Below the pieces are notes generated by a model, which made no database searches, was not told the origin of the DNA, and saw only the letters and a list, made by a program, of their open reading frames with translations. Positions 8,449 through 17,215 of a stretch of 30,207 bases of DNA are shown here, piece by piece. Numbering within the stretch: the first letter of the stretch is position 1; every line of letters begins with the position of its first letter. The DNA is taken from the NCBI GenBank assembly GCA_048885535.1, contig JBHLLO010000012.1, forward strand, positions 31,684 to 61,890, in the 5' to 3' direction. This DNA is from Candidatus Hermodarchaeota archaeon. Its GTDB lineage: Archaea > Asgardarchaeota > Lokiarchaeia > Sigyniarchaeales > SOKP01. The position numbers and the translations under genes are program-made.

Positions 8449-9642
8449 ATGGTGGATCTTACTCAATTAACAATTATTTATCCATGGCTTAATTCTTTTG
8501 AAAAGTATCATAAAGATATGGCACCTCAAGATCCAGATGACTTTATTTCCAATGTCTTTTCGAAATATCCTCAACTAAATTTATATGAACTAATATCAAA
8601 ATTTTTTGATGCTGCTTTCGAAAACCTAGAAGAGATATCCGGTTTTAATATAAGTGAAATTAGTGTGGAATTATACTTAGTTTTAAGAATTCTTATATAT
8701 ATGCTTTCTGACAATAGAATCACTAATAGAGTTGCAAACCTTTATTCTAAACTAGTATATTCGAAACTTAAAAACGAAAACGATCATAACCTCTTTTATA
8801 TATGCCATGACTTGAATATTGATATAAAATTTATTGAAAGTGAAAAAACATATAGAATAATTTATGATAAAAATCAATATGAAATGTTAAGTACAAACAT
8901 ATTAATCTATTTCATTGATTATTTGAAGTTATCAACCAATTTAAAAGATGAATACAGAAAGCTAATAAATAACCCTCTGCAGGATGGTTATATATATATC
9001 CAAAAAAGAACTCTAGCTAGACTTTTGCAAGAGTATGTTAGAAGTAAATTCTTAGATACAGCAAAAGATAATAAAAAAACTTTAGACTATTTTAAAGAAC
9101 AGATGTTAAAAGTTAAGGATTTTAAAGAATTGTATGATAATATATTAAGCTTATGGGATTTGAAAAAAGAAAGCTTTGAATATTCAATTGATTTAAAATA
9201 TAAAGAAGGTAAAGATATTCTATCTAAATTTCCTCCATGCATTAGAGAGATATTACTGAAAGCTCAAGATCATCAAAATTTAATCCATATTGAAAGATTA
9301 TTCCTTGTGTTTTTTTTACATGCGTTAGAGTATCCAATTGACAAAATAATTGATATATTTTCCACATTGCCAGACTTTGACCATGAAAAGACAAAATATC
9401 AAGTAGAATTTGCTAAAAAGAAAGGATATGTTCCACACTCATGTTCAACATTACAATCGTTAAATTTATGTATGGCTTCTAAATATGAGGATAACTTATG
9501 CTTGAATGGATTTACTTCTAAAAAAGATAACGTTAAGAAAAAAATTACACACCCATTATTTTATCTCCAATACAAGCAATTTATAAATAACCTCAAGGAA
9601 AAAAAACAACAGATTAAACTAGAAAATGAATCTAAAGACTAA
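8449..9642 (+). CDS. priL: DNA primase large subunit
   Basis: KLINNPLQDGYIY, FPPCIREIL, HIERLFLVFFL, PDFDHEKTKYQVE and HSCSTL...LC...LC (Fe-S cysteines); lies between pcn and priS. Confidence 0.93.
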   Translation: MVDLTQLTIIYPWLNSFEKYHKDMAPQDPDDFISNVFSKYPQLNLYELISKFFDAAFENLEEISGFNISEISVELYLVLRILIYMLSDNRITNRVANLYSKLVYSKLKNENDHNLFYICHDLNIDIKFIESEKTYRIIYDKNQYEMLSTNILIYFIDYLKLSTNLKDEYRKLINNPLQDGYIYIQKRTLARLLQEYVRSKFLDTAKDNKKTLDYFKEQMLKVKDFKELYDNILSLWDLKKESFEYSIDLKYKEGKDILSKFPPCIREILLKAQDHQNLIHIERLFLVFFLHALEYPIDKIIDIFSTLPDFDHEKTKYQVEFAKKKGYVPHSCSTLQSLNLCMASKYEDNLCLNGFTSKKDNVKKKITHPLFYLQYKQFINNLKEKKQQIKLENESKD

Positions 9643-10906
9643 AATTTTTTTAAAGAGATTATTTCAAGCTTATTATAAAAAGTATAAGAACAAGATCCCC
9701 CCTGTTAGTTCTTTTAATCAACGCGAGTTTGCATTCATCCCTTGGGATAAGGAGATAATGATCCGCCATATTGGATATGATTTTCAAGAGTCATTATTGG
9801 ATTACCTAACTAAGCAAACTCCTAGGCATGTTTTTTCCAGTGGGACATTATATTCTCAACCCAATTTCCCTGAAATGGAATTTAAAGATTATCTAGGGTG
9901 TGATCTAATAATTGATATTGATGTTGATCATTTTTATACTCCTTGTAAGGAAGATCACGACATTTGGATATGCAAAGATTGTGGTAAAATAGGTAAAGGG
10001 ATGCCTGAAAAATGTTCTAAATGTGGTAAATTAAAAATAAGGACGATACCTTGGATATGTAATTATTGTTTGAATGCTGCTAAAGAAGAAATCAAAAAAT
10101 TAGTCAATGATTTCCTAATCGCTGATTTTGGGATTAATACAAATCAAATAAAAATTTCATTCTCAGGGCATAGGGGTTATCATCTAAAAGTTGAAAATGA
10201 TATAATTCGAAATTTATCAAGTGAAGAAAGAAGAGAGATTGTAGATTACATAACAGGAAATAATATATCTTTTGAAGTCCTAGGTTTGAGAGAAAGAAGT
10301 GGAAGTATATTTGGATTTTCAAAAGAAAGTATTGGTTGGCCTCAAAAAATATTATCTGAATTTACGGATATTTTATCACGACCAAATATTGATATTGAGC
10401 ATTTTCTATTAGAAAATAAGTTTAATCCTCATCAAATAAAAAGCTTCTTAAATTCAAAAGAATTAGTTCTGAATAATATTTTATCTAAGGAAGGAAGAGC
10501 TTGGTCCATAGAAGGCTTTAATAATCTTGAACATTGGAATAGATTTTTAAAAGGTTTAATTAAAAACGTCGGAGTACAAATTGATGAGCCAGTAACAATT
10601 GATATCCATAGATTAATTAGATATCCTGGTTCACTTCATGGAAAAACAGGATTTCGAGTACAAGAACTAGAACTAGATCAACTTGAGAAGTTTAATCCAT
10701 TAGATGAAGACTCTGAAAGTCTTGATCCTATAGTCTTCAAAGTTGATGATAAAATAACTCAAAAATTAGAAATCATTGAAGAAGAAGTACCTATAACCCA
10801 ATTGAAAGGAAAAAGATATGGACCGTATAAAAAAGGTGAAATTATAGAAGTTCCTCATCATTTTGCTGTATTTCTATTATGTAAGGAGGTAGCAATAAAG
10901 GTTTAA
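9626..10906 (+). CDS. priS: DNA primase small (catalytic) subunit
   Basis: QREFAF, DLIIDIDVD, FSGHRGYH and IDEPVTIDIHRLIRYPGSLHGKTG AEP motifs. Confidence 0.96.
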   Translation: MNLKTKIFLKRLFQAYYKKYKNKIPPVSSFNQREFAFIPWDKEIMIRHIGYDFQESLLDYLTKQTPRHVFSSGTLYSQPNFPEMEFKDYLGCDLIIDIDVDHFYTPCKEDHDIWICKDCGKIGKGMPEKCSKCGKLKIRTIPWICNYCLNAAKEEIKKLVNDFLIADFGINTNQIKISFSGHRGYHLKVENDIIRNLSSEERREIVDYITGNNISFEVLGLRERSGSIFGFSKESIGWPQKILSEFTDILSRPNIDIEHFLLENKFNPHQIKSFLNSKELVLNNILSKEGRAWSIEGFNNLEHWNRFLKGLIKNVGVQIDEPVTIDIHRLIRYPGSLHGKTGFRVQELELDQLEKFNPLDEDSESLDPIVFKVDDKITQKLEIIEEEVPITQLKGKRYGPYKKGEIIEVPHHFAVFLLCKEVAIKV

Positions 10907-10979
10907 ATTAAGATGAATTTGTGCAAAAAATTCTAATGTCTTAACATTTTAATAAAAATATAAACTTAATTCAATCCTT

Positions 10980-11648
10980 ATGAATCTTAAACGCAATTAT
11001 TCAAAACTTTATCAGCATTGGCTTAAAGAATTTGAAGAAACTGATTTAACTTGTTTACTTCAAGAAGATTTTGATAGTTATAAGAAACTATTAGCTGAAA
11101 TTAATGCTGTCCGAATAGATAAAACTGATGACATAAAAGTACAGTTAATAGAATCTTATAAAAACAATTTGAATTTTCTTTTTAATGATCTTTTAAAAAT
11201 TAGGGAAGTTAAAATTATTAATGCTGCGCAAGTAAATCAAGAAATCAATTTGGAAAATGTGATTGAAACTGAAAAACTTCTTTACCAAAATTTAATAAGC
11301 ACATTTAAAGGTTATAAAAAAGTGAAAAATCTTTATTTGAGTGAGGATCAACCTATATTGGAACAAGAGATGGAAATTGATGAGATATCTGAGGAAGAAC
11401 CTGAGTTAGAGAAAGTAGAGGAAATGCAACTTAAGGAAGATCTAAAACCTAAGGAAGAAAAGATCAAAAAAAAGGAAGAAGATTATAAATATACACTTAT
11501 AAGGTTTCTTGAAAAAGTAGAAGCTTTAGTAGGGATAGATCTTATAAGTTATGGACCTTTTGAGAAAAATGATATTGCAAATTTACCGTATAAAAATGCT
11601 GTGATTCTTATTAATGAAAAAATAGCTGAAAAAGTCGAGATTTCTTAA
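10980..11648 (+). CDS. GINS complex subunit (Gins15/Gins51 type: helical A domain, acidic linker, C-terminal B domain)
   Basis: LLKIREVKII..A helical domain; C-terminal LIRFLEKVEALVGIDLISYGPFEKNDIANLPYKNAVILI B domain; follows priS. Confidence 0.9.
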   Translation: MNLKRNYSKLYQHWLKEFEETDLTCLLQEDFDSYKKLLAEINAVRIDKTDDIKVQLIESYKNNLNFLFNDLLKIREVKIINAAQVNQEINLENVIETEKLLYQNLISTFKGYKKVKNLYLSEDQPILEQEMEIDEISEEEPELEKVEEMQLKEDLKPKEEKIKKKEEDYKYTLIRFLEKVEALVGIDLISYGPFEKNDIANLPYKNAVILINEKIAEKVEIS

Positions 11649-11836
11649 TCTTTTTGAAATTTTTTCTTAAATTCTTCTTTAAAATACTCTATACGGTATT
11701 TTTGATATTTATCTATTAATGAGAACTTAGGAGGAAAAGGATTTATTAGTTCTCCTCCACAATACTTGCATTTAGATTCTGGAATAAATAAGCTATACTT
11801 TTTGCATTCTTTACATTTTTTAAGGTATTTTGTCAT
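11645..11836 (-). CDS. nop10: H/ACA RNP protein Nop10 (likely start is the ATG at 11836)
   Basis: LKKCKECKKYSL...CKYCGG...PFPPKFSLIDKYQKYR; directly downstream of aIF2alpha. Confidence 0.9.
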   Translation of the reverse strand: MTKYLKKCKECKKYSLFIPESKCKYCGGELINPFPPKFSLIDKYQKYRIEYFKEEFKKKFQKD

Positions 11837-11855
11837 CTTTTTTATCCAGAATTCT

Positions 11856-12680
11856 TTAATCTCTAATAAATTCAAAAGAGGTGTTTGTATTCTTTGATTT
11901 TGCTTCTAAAATTTCAATCGCATCAGAAAGAATATTTTCAGCGTCTAAGTAATCCTTAGAAATTATCTCTAATCTATAGAAGGGAGCTCCTATATAAGAT
12001 AAACTTAACTTTCTAGTTTCTTTAGGATTTTGAACAATATTATTTATATCTACTAATGCTTCCTTGATTTTATCAATACCATCTCCATCCGTGTTCATTA
12101 ACTTTATCTTACCAATAATACTAACAGTTGAGATTTCAACATTCTCATCGACAATTTTTAATAAAGCTTTCTTTATGTTGTCAGGAACATTTTCTAAGCT
12201 ATTCATTGATTCCTCTCCATTTTCTTTCAATGCTTCAACAGTTTCTTGAAAATCATAATATTGTTCTATTAGTGGCCAACCAATCTTTTCATAGGCCTCA
12301 TCTAAACTAAGATTTATATTTTTGTCTTCAGTTAAAATCTGGAGTAGATTGTCAAATTTTACTTTATACTTGAATTCTTTTTTCTTTTTTGCCCGTTGAG
12401 CTGAATTAACGCGTCTTAATGAGCAATCAATATGACCTTTAGAAGTGTCTACCCTTAAAACTCTTGCAACAACTATCTGATTAATTCTAACAAACTTTCT
12501 GATGTTCTTTATCCATCTACTTGACACTTCGCTGATATGTACCATACCTCTTGCATTATTTTCTGAAGGGAGACCTTCATATTCTAATAAATCGATATAG
12601 ACATATTGATCCTCAATGTGATTAACTCTTCCTATCACAAATTCTCCTACGTTTGGAAATGATGACCTACTTCTTACCAT
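11856..12680 (-). CDS. eif2a: Translation initiation factor 2 alpha subunit (aIF2alpha)
   Basis: FPNVGEFVIG S1 domain, HISEVSSRWIKNIR, VLRVDTSKGHIDCSLRRV, YIGAPFYRL. Confidence 0.96.
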   Translation of the reverse strand: MVRSRSSFPNVGEFVIGRVNHIEDQYVYIDLLEYEGLPSENNARGMVHISEVSSRWIKNIRKFVRINQIVVARVLRVDTSKGHIDCSLRRVNSAQRAKKKKEFKYKVKFDNLLQILTEDKNINLSLDEAYEKIGWPLIEQYYDFQETVEALKENGEESMNSLENVPDNIKKALLKIVDENVEISTVSIIGKIKLMNTDGDGIDKIKEALVDINNIVQNPKETRKLSLSYIGAPFYRLEIISKDYLDAENILSDAIEILEAKSKNTNTSFEFIRD

Positions 12681-13124
12681 TATTGTTCTGAAAAATTTCT
12701 TTTTTTTATATAGTTACTACTATGAACAATCCATATTTCTTTATTTTTATTATATTTTAATCTTAAGATTAAATTCGAGAATTTTTAGATGCAAAAATTG
12801 TAACTAAAATTATAGATAGAAAAAGAAAAAAAATTAATTTTTAAAAGGAAATTGATGAGATCTTCCAATTATTGATGGAAAGTAAGGAAGAATTACATAT
12901 AGATCTTAAAGGAAATTCAAAAAGGTAATCGAATAAAAAATATATAATAACAATCCAAGTAAAAAGTTAAACCACAGTGATTCTACTAGAATCTTCACTT
13001 AAAGTTATAGTAAAAAATATATATTGGATATCATTAAAGTAGTTATCATTTAATCTAAAATGGTTAATATTAGAATCTATTCAAAATTAATTTAATAATA
13101 AAAATATTAGGTAGTTGATGAAAA

Positions 13125-14429
13125 ATGTCTTCAAAACAAAAACAACATTTGAATCTAGTTATTATTGGGCACATAGATCATGGTAAATCGACAATGATGG
13201 GTGCCCTGTTAATAGAGACAGGAGCAGTCACAGATAGAGAAGCTCGTGAATTAGAAAAATTAGCAAAAGAATTCGATCGAGATTCTTGGTCTTACGCATT
13301 CGTTTTTGACAAATTGAAAGAGGAGCGTCAAAGAGGTATCACTATTGATTTAGCATTCAGAAAATTTGAGACACCAAACAAATATTTCACTATAATTGAT
13401 GCTCCTGGTCATGCTGATTTTGTAAAAAACATGATCACAGGTGCGTCTCAGGCTGATGCCGCTATCTTAGTTGTATCTGGTAAAAAAGGTGAAATGGAGG
13501 TTGGAATTGCAGCTAATGGTCAAACAAGAGAACACGCTTATTTAGCTCAAACGCTAGGAGTAAAACAGTTAGTGGTAGCAATCAACAAAGCTGATAACTA
13601 TGATTATAAGGAAGATCGCTTTAATGAATGTAAAGAAGCAGTCACTGACCTCTTAAAAAACATTGGTTTTCCAGTTAAAAAGATTCCATTTATCCCCGTT
13701 TCAGGGTTAATGATGCAAAATCTTTCAAAAAAGAGTGATAAATTACCTTGGTATGACGGTCCTACACTTATTGAGGCAATTGATCAATTTGAGGTACCAC
13801 CAAAACCAACAGATAAAGCATTACGACTCCCAATCCAAGATGCTTATAGAATTAAGGGAACAGGTGTCGTACCAGTAGGTAGAGTCGAAACGGGTGTACT
13901 CAAGAAAGGTGACAAAATTATAATTATGCCAACAGGATTTCAGGGAGAAATACGAAGCATTGAAATGCATCATGAAGAGATTCCTCAAGCTGAACCTGGA
14001 GATAACGTAGGATTTAGCATTAGAGGTCTTGAAATGAAGGATGTTGGAAGAGGAGACTGTCTTGGTCATCCAAATAATCCACCTAACGTTATATTTCCAA
14101 ATGGTAATTGGACAGGACAAGTTATAGTTATTTGGCATCCAACCGCCATTGCTCAAGGTTACACTCCTGTAATTCATGCTCATACAGCCCAAGTGGCAGC
14201 AAAATTCATAGAAATCAGCAAAAAGCTCGATCAGAAAACGGGAGCGGTCATAGAAGATGCACCAAAGTTTATAAAACGAAATGAGTCTGCGATCATTAAA
14301 TTACAGCCCATTAAGAAGATGTGTTTAGAAAAGTATGGAGACTTTCCTGAAATGGGCAGGTTTGCTGTAAGAGACATGGGTAGAACCATCGCAGTGGGAA
14401 TAGTTAAGGACATTGAGACAGGTGCTTAA
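13125..14429 (+). CDS. tuf: Translation elongation factor EF-1alpha
   Basis: GHIDHGKST, ERQRGITID, DAPGHADFVKNMITGASQAD, NKAD, VPVGRVETG, GRFAVRDMGRTIAVG. Confidence 0.99.
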   Translation: MSSKQKQHLNLVIIGHIDHGKSTMMGALLIETGAVTDREARELEKLAKEFDRDSWSYAFVFDKLKEERQRGITIDLAFRKFETPNKYFTIIDAPGHADFVKNMITGASQADAAILVVSGKKGEMEVGIAANGQTREHAYLAQTLGVKQLVVAINKADNYDYKEDRFNECKEAVTDLLKNIGFPVKKIPFIPVSGLMMQNLSKKSDKLPWYDGPTLIEAIDQFEVPPKPTDKALRLPIQDAYRIKGTGVVPVGRVETGVLKKGDKIIIMPTGFQGEIRSIEMHHEEIPQAEPGDNVGFSIRGLEMKDVGRGDCLGHPNNPPNVIFPNGNWTGQVIVIWHPTAIAQGYTPVIHAHTAQVAAKFIEISKKLDQKTGAVIEDAPKFIKRNESAIIKLQPIKKMCLEKYGDFPEMGRFAVRDMGRTIAVGIVKDIETGA

Positions 14430-14440
14430 AGGTATAATTT

Positions 14441-14456
14441 ATTCTGTTTTTTTCTT
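14441..14456 (+). terminator. Putative oligo-T terminator after EF-1alpha
   Basis: T7 run at 14447-14453, about 17 nt after the stop codon. Confidence 0.4.
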
Positions 14457-14804
14457 AAATTTTAAAATATAAATATTTTTTAAAATTCACTATTTCTATT
14501 AGTATATAATATCTCTATTAATATTTTAATGATGAAACATCCCATATTTCTTAGATTTGTTTTTGCGTATATAAACTTTAAACCCCCCACCTTAATGGGT
14601 CATATTGCTTAACAAATTTAATATAATACTTTAAAGCTGATTTTTGTTCCATCTTTTTTCCCCTTCTTTAAAATATTAGAAAATTAAGTAATTTATAAAT
14701 TTCTGTCCAAGAATGATTAAATTTTGCATGTTATGCGAATATTATTTTAATTTTTGAGCTGAGGTTTATCCTTTCTATCTAAAACAAATATTAAGTAGAA
14801 AGGG

Positions 14805-15290
14805 TTGGTAAAGGTTTTTACAACTAAATCAAAAATTTGTTTTGTTGGAGAAGGGGGTGTAGGGAAGACCTCTTTATTATCTTTATTACAAGGGAGAGAG
14901 GTTCCAAAGAAGAGAATCCCAACTGTTGGATTAGAAGTTGAGGATTCCATTCTAAATGGAAAAAAAGTAAGTATTTGGGATTTAGGGGGTCAAAAGCGAT
15001 TTAAATTTATGTGGAAGGATTTCTTACGGGGTGCAGGGTTAGCAGTACTGGTGTGTGATTCAACTGAGGATAGTGTTGAGAAAACAAAGGAAATATATAG
15101 CCGCTTTGAACGTAGTTTGGGTACAAAAATCATTGCTATCGCTAATAAACAGGACTTACCAGGAGCTTTGAGTGCAAAAGAAGTTCAAAAAAGGTTAGGC
15201 GGACTTAAAACGTATGGTATGACTGCTATTCGTCCTGATTTACGCGAACGAATGAAAGAAATATTAGAATATGAAGTCGCCACGTTTTAA
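14805..15290 (+). CDS. Small Ras-superfamily GTPase, Arf-like (TTG start)
   Basis: G1 GEGGVGKT, G2 IPTVG, G3 WDLGGQ, G4 ANKQD, G5-like MTA; stand-alone 161 aa. Confidence 0.92.
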   Translation: MVKVFTTKSKICFVGEGGVGKTSLLSLLQGREVPKKRIPTVGLEVEDSILNGKKVSIWDLGGQKRFKFMWKDFLRGAGLAVLVCDSTEDSVEKTKEIYSRFERSLGTKIIAIANKQDLPGALSAKEVQKRLGGLKTYGMTAIRPDLRERMKEILEYEVATF

Positions 15291-15847
15291 AACGCCTTCC
15301 CAATAAGATGAGCAATTCTTACAGGTTCAGGAATTTTTGAGTCAATGCATAATTTGTTCAATAAGTGCTTTGCTTCATCAAAAACCACACCTTTTAAATG
15401 TAAGTAAATTTTTGAACTACCTCCAGCAGTTTCTATAGTAGTTTCGTATAAATCTCCCGCGTTTATAATATGTTGGAGTTTTTCTTTATAGGATTTCGGA
15501 AATTTATTAATTAAAGCTATTTTAACGGAATCAAGATCTATTTCTCGTTCTGTAATTGCGATAATTGGCTTTTTTAATTTAGTATAAATTTCTTCTAAAT
15601 CTATAATATTAAATCCTCCAAATGTTATAGTGTCTGTTAGAATATACTGAATGTGTTTTTCATTTTGCTTAGCAAGTGAAATCAGTGCATTAGTTGCATC
15701 TTCTCCATCAATAGATATCGGATACATCAGTACTCTAACTAACCTAATGCCTTGACAAACTACTCCAATTAATTGAGTTGTGCTTACATTCGATTTCAAC
15801 TCAAATTTTGCATCATCAAATCCGATTGTAATAGGATATTCCTTCAT
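15287..15847 (-). CDS. DUF99 / endonuclease V-superfamily protein
   Basis: IGFDDAKF, IDGEDAT, DTITFGGFNIID, KIPEPVRIAHLIG. Confidence 0.88.
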   Translation of the reverse strand: MKEYPITIGFDDAKFELKSNVSTTQLIGVVCQGIRLVRVLMYPISIDGEDATNALISLAKQNEKHIQYILTDTITFGGFNIIDLEEIYTKLKKPIIAITEREIDLDSVKIALINKFPKSYKEKLQHIINAGDLYETTIETAGGSSKIYLHLKGVVFDEAKHLLNKLCIDSKIPEPVRIAHLIGKAF

Positions 15848-16302
15848 ACTTTAGATTGCGGTATATATTTTTTTATTGATTCTAGCAACTTTGTAAATGC
15901 TAATGTTGCATTTTGTAGTTCTTCTACTCTAATATTAAGATCGCCAGAGAAATTCGTTAAAATTATCTCAATCATGGAATCAATACTCAAATTTCCTGAT
16001 AACCAGACATACGCAATTAATGCTTCAGCTGTATCTGCTAAATCATGAGCGTCAGCTCTAGATTTTGCACATATCTTCAAATTAGCGTTTTTTAAGGCAT
16101 TAGATAAAATAGTCCTATTAACTTTTTTACCTGTTCTAATTATTTTGTTATTGGCACTATTTTCTGTTAAATAGCTAGATTTTGCTACAGAATATACAAA
16201 ATTTACAATACCATCTCCTATTTTAGCTAATCCTTTATCAGTACCAATGGCTTTTTGGGATGACTTTGAAGTTAAATCTTTAATTAAAAAATCATAAGGC
16301 AT
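15844..16302 (-). CDS. Archaeal stand-alone ribonuclease III-domain protein (no dsRBD)
   Basis: DKGLAKIGDGIVNFVYS (RNase III signature variant) and DLADTAEALIAYVW (acidic metal-binding motif). Confidence 0.85.
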   Translation of the reverse strand: MPYDFLIKDLTSKSSQKAIGTDKGLAKIGDGIVNFVYSVAKSSYLTENSANNKIIRTGKKVNRTILSNALKNANLKICAKSRADAHDLADTAEALIAYVWLSGNLSIDSMIEIILTNFSGDLNIRVEELQNATLAFTKLLESIKKYIPQSKV

Positions 16303-16359
16303 TAATTTTAGTTGAGGTTTAAACTCTTATAAATTTTATATAAAATTAGAATTAATTAT

Positions 16360-16866
16360 TTATTTCATAAGGGGCTTAAACGTCTTTTTTACTTCTTCTA
16401 CTTCATCTTTTAATGATTGTATAGCTTTGTGAAGGATATTCTTTATTTTATTCCCTTTCTCTAACCGAACAAACACCTCAGGAGGATCAATCCTAGTAAC
16501 TTTGTAAGCTGCTGAATTTACTCCGTCCGTACTCAGAAGGTGTTTGACTAAAATATTTAAAAACCCATGAGATTGACCTTCTACAATCAAGTGATAATCA
16601 TTCTCTTGCTTTCCTTTCAGGATGGATAAATTTAAATATTTGTACTCAGGTGGTTTAGGAATTTCCTCCATTTCGTATTCAAGCTCTTCCTCAAGGATTT
16701 CTTCCCCTTCAATATCCATTTCCACATCTTCACTTGTTTTTTCTTTCGATTTCTTTAAACTAGGATATTCAGGCTCAATATCATCAAGAATATCATCATC
16801 TAATCCTTCAAGATCATCTTCTTTCTTAGGTATAGCTTTTTTTTTTGCCAAGGTAATATACACCAT
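16360..16866 (-). CDS. rpoL: DNA-directed RNA polymerase subunit L (Rpo11), with long acidic N-terminal extension
   Basis: C-terminal LIVEGQSHGFLNILVKHLL...GVNSAAYKV...ILHKAIQSLKDEVEEVKKTF resembles RpoL/RPB11; lies downstream of csl4 as in other archaea. Confidence 0.8.
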   Translation of the reverse strand: MVYITLAKKKAIPKKEDDLEGLDDDILDDIEPEYPSLKKSKEKTSEDVEMDIEGEEILEEELEYEMEEIPKPPEYKYLNLSILKGKQENDYHLIVEGQSHGFLNILVKHLLSTDGVNSAAYKVTRIDPPEVFVRLEKGNKIKNILHKAIQSLKDEVEEVKKTFKPLMK

Positions 16867-16954
16867 AACCTTAAAATCTATTATTTCTAATTTAGAATAA
16901 AATAAATTTTTTATGTTTTAAAAAATAAAAATAAGAAATTTTTATGGCTAGTTT

Positions 16955-17179
16955 CTATGATAAGAACTGATTAGCTAGTTCCCTTAATCTCTCAATTGCG
17001 AGATATTGAAGTTCTTTTGGACCATAAAGTGTAACTTTTATAGATTTTCCTTCGACTTCGCAATTTAAATTAAGATAATTAACTTTCTTTTGAATACTTT
17101 CAAGAAATTTTATAGTATTATCTAAATTTCCGCTTGGGTTATAGAAATGAATTACTCTTCTTCCTCCACGCTTAACCAA
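16955..17179 (-). CDS. Small hypothetical protein between csl4 and rpoL (TTG start)
   Basis: Co-directional 74-aa ORF with an alpha/beta pattern (IKVTLYGPKELQYLAIERLRELA); occupies the position where DUF2067-type genes are often found. Confidence 0.65.
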   Translation of the reverse strand: MVKRGGRRVIHFYNPSGNLDNTIKFLESIQKKVNYLNLNCEVEGKSIKVTLYGPKELQYLAIERLRELANQFLS

Positions 17180-17215
17180 AGTTTCTTACCTTTTTTTATA
17201 ATTATTCTTTTCGTA

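Noticed and set aside
11837-11875. 13-aa N-terminal extension of Nop10 in the ORF track
   Set aside because: It overlaps the aIF2alpha 3' end; the ATG at 11836 gives a typical Nop10 length.
12773-12928. Protein-like frame FLDAKIVTKIIDRKRKKINF*KEIDEIFQLLMESKEELHIDLKGNSKR* in the aIF2alpha-tuf spacer
   Set aside because: It could be a gene remnant, but it is short, has an internal TAA, lacks an upstream start and resembles nothing I recognise.
14430-14804. Long spacer with a C-run and weak hairpin (AACCCCCCACCTTAATGGGT) considered as ncRNA, tRNA or SECIS
   Set aside because: There is no cloverleaf, no T-loop consensus, no extended stem and no nearby in-frame UGA selenoprotein.
7454-16900. Short alternative-frame or antisense ORFs over pcn, priS, aIF2alpha, tuf, the GTPase, RNase III/DUF99 and rpoL
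   Set aside because: They overlap well-supported genes and mostly have the Ser/Phe/Ile-rich composition typical of antisense shadows.
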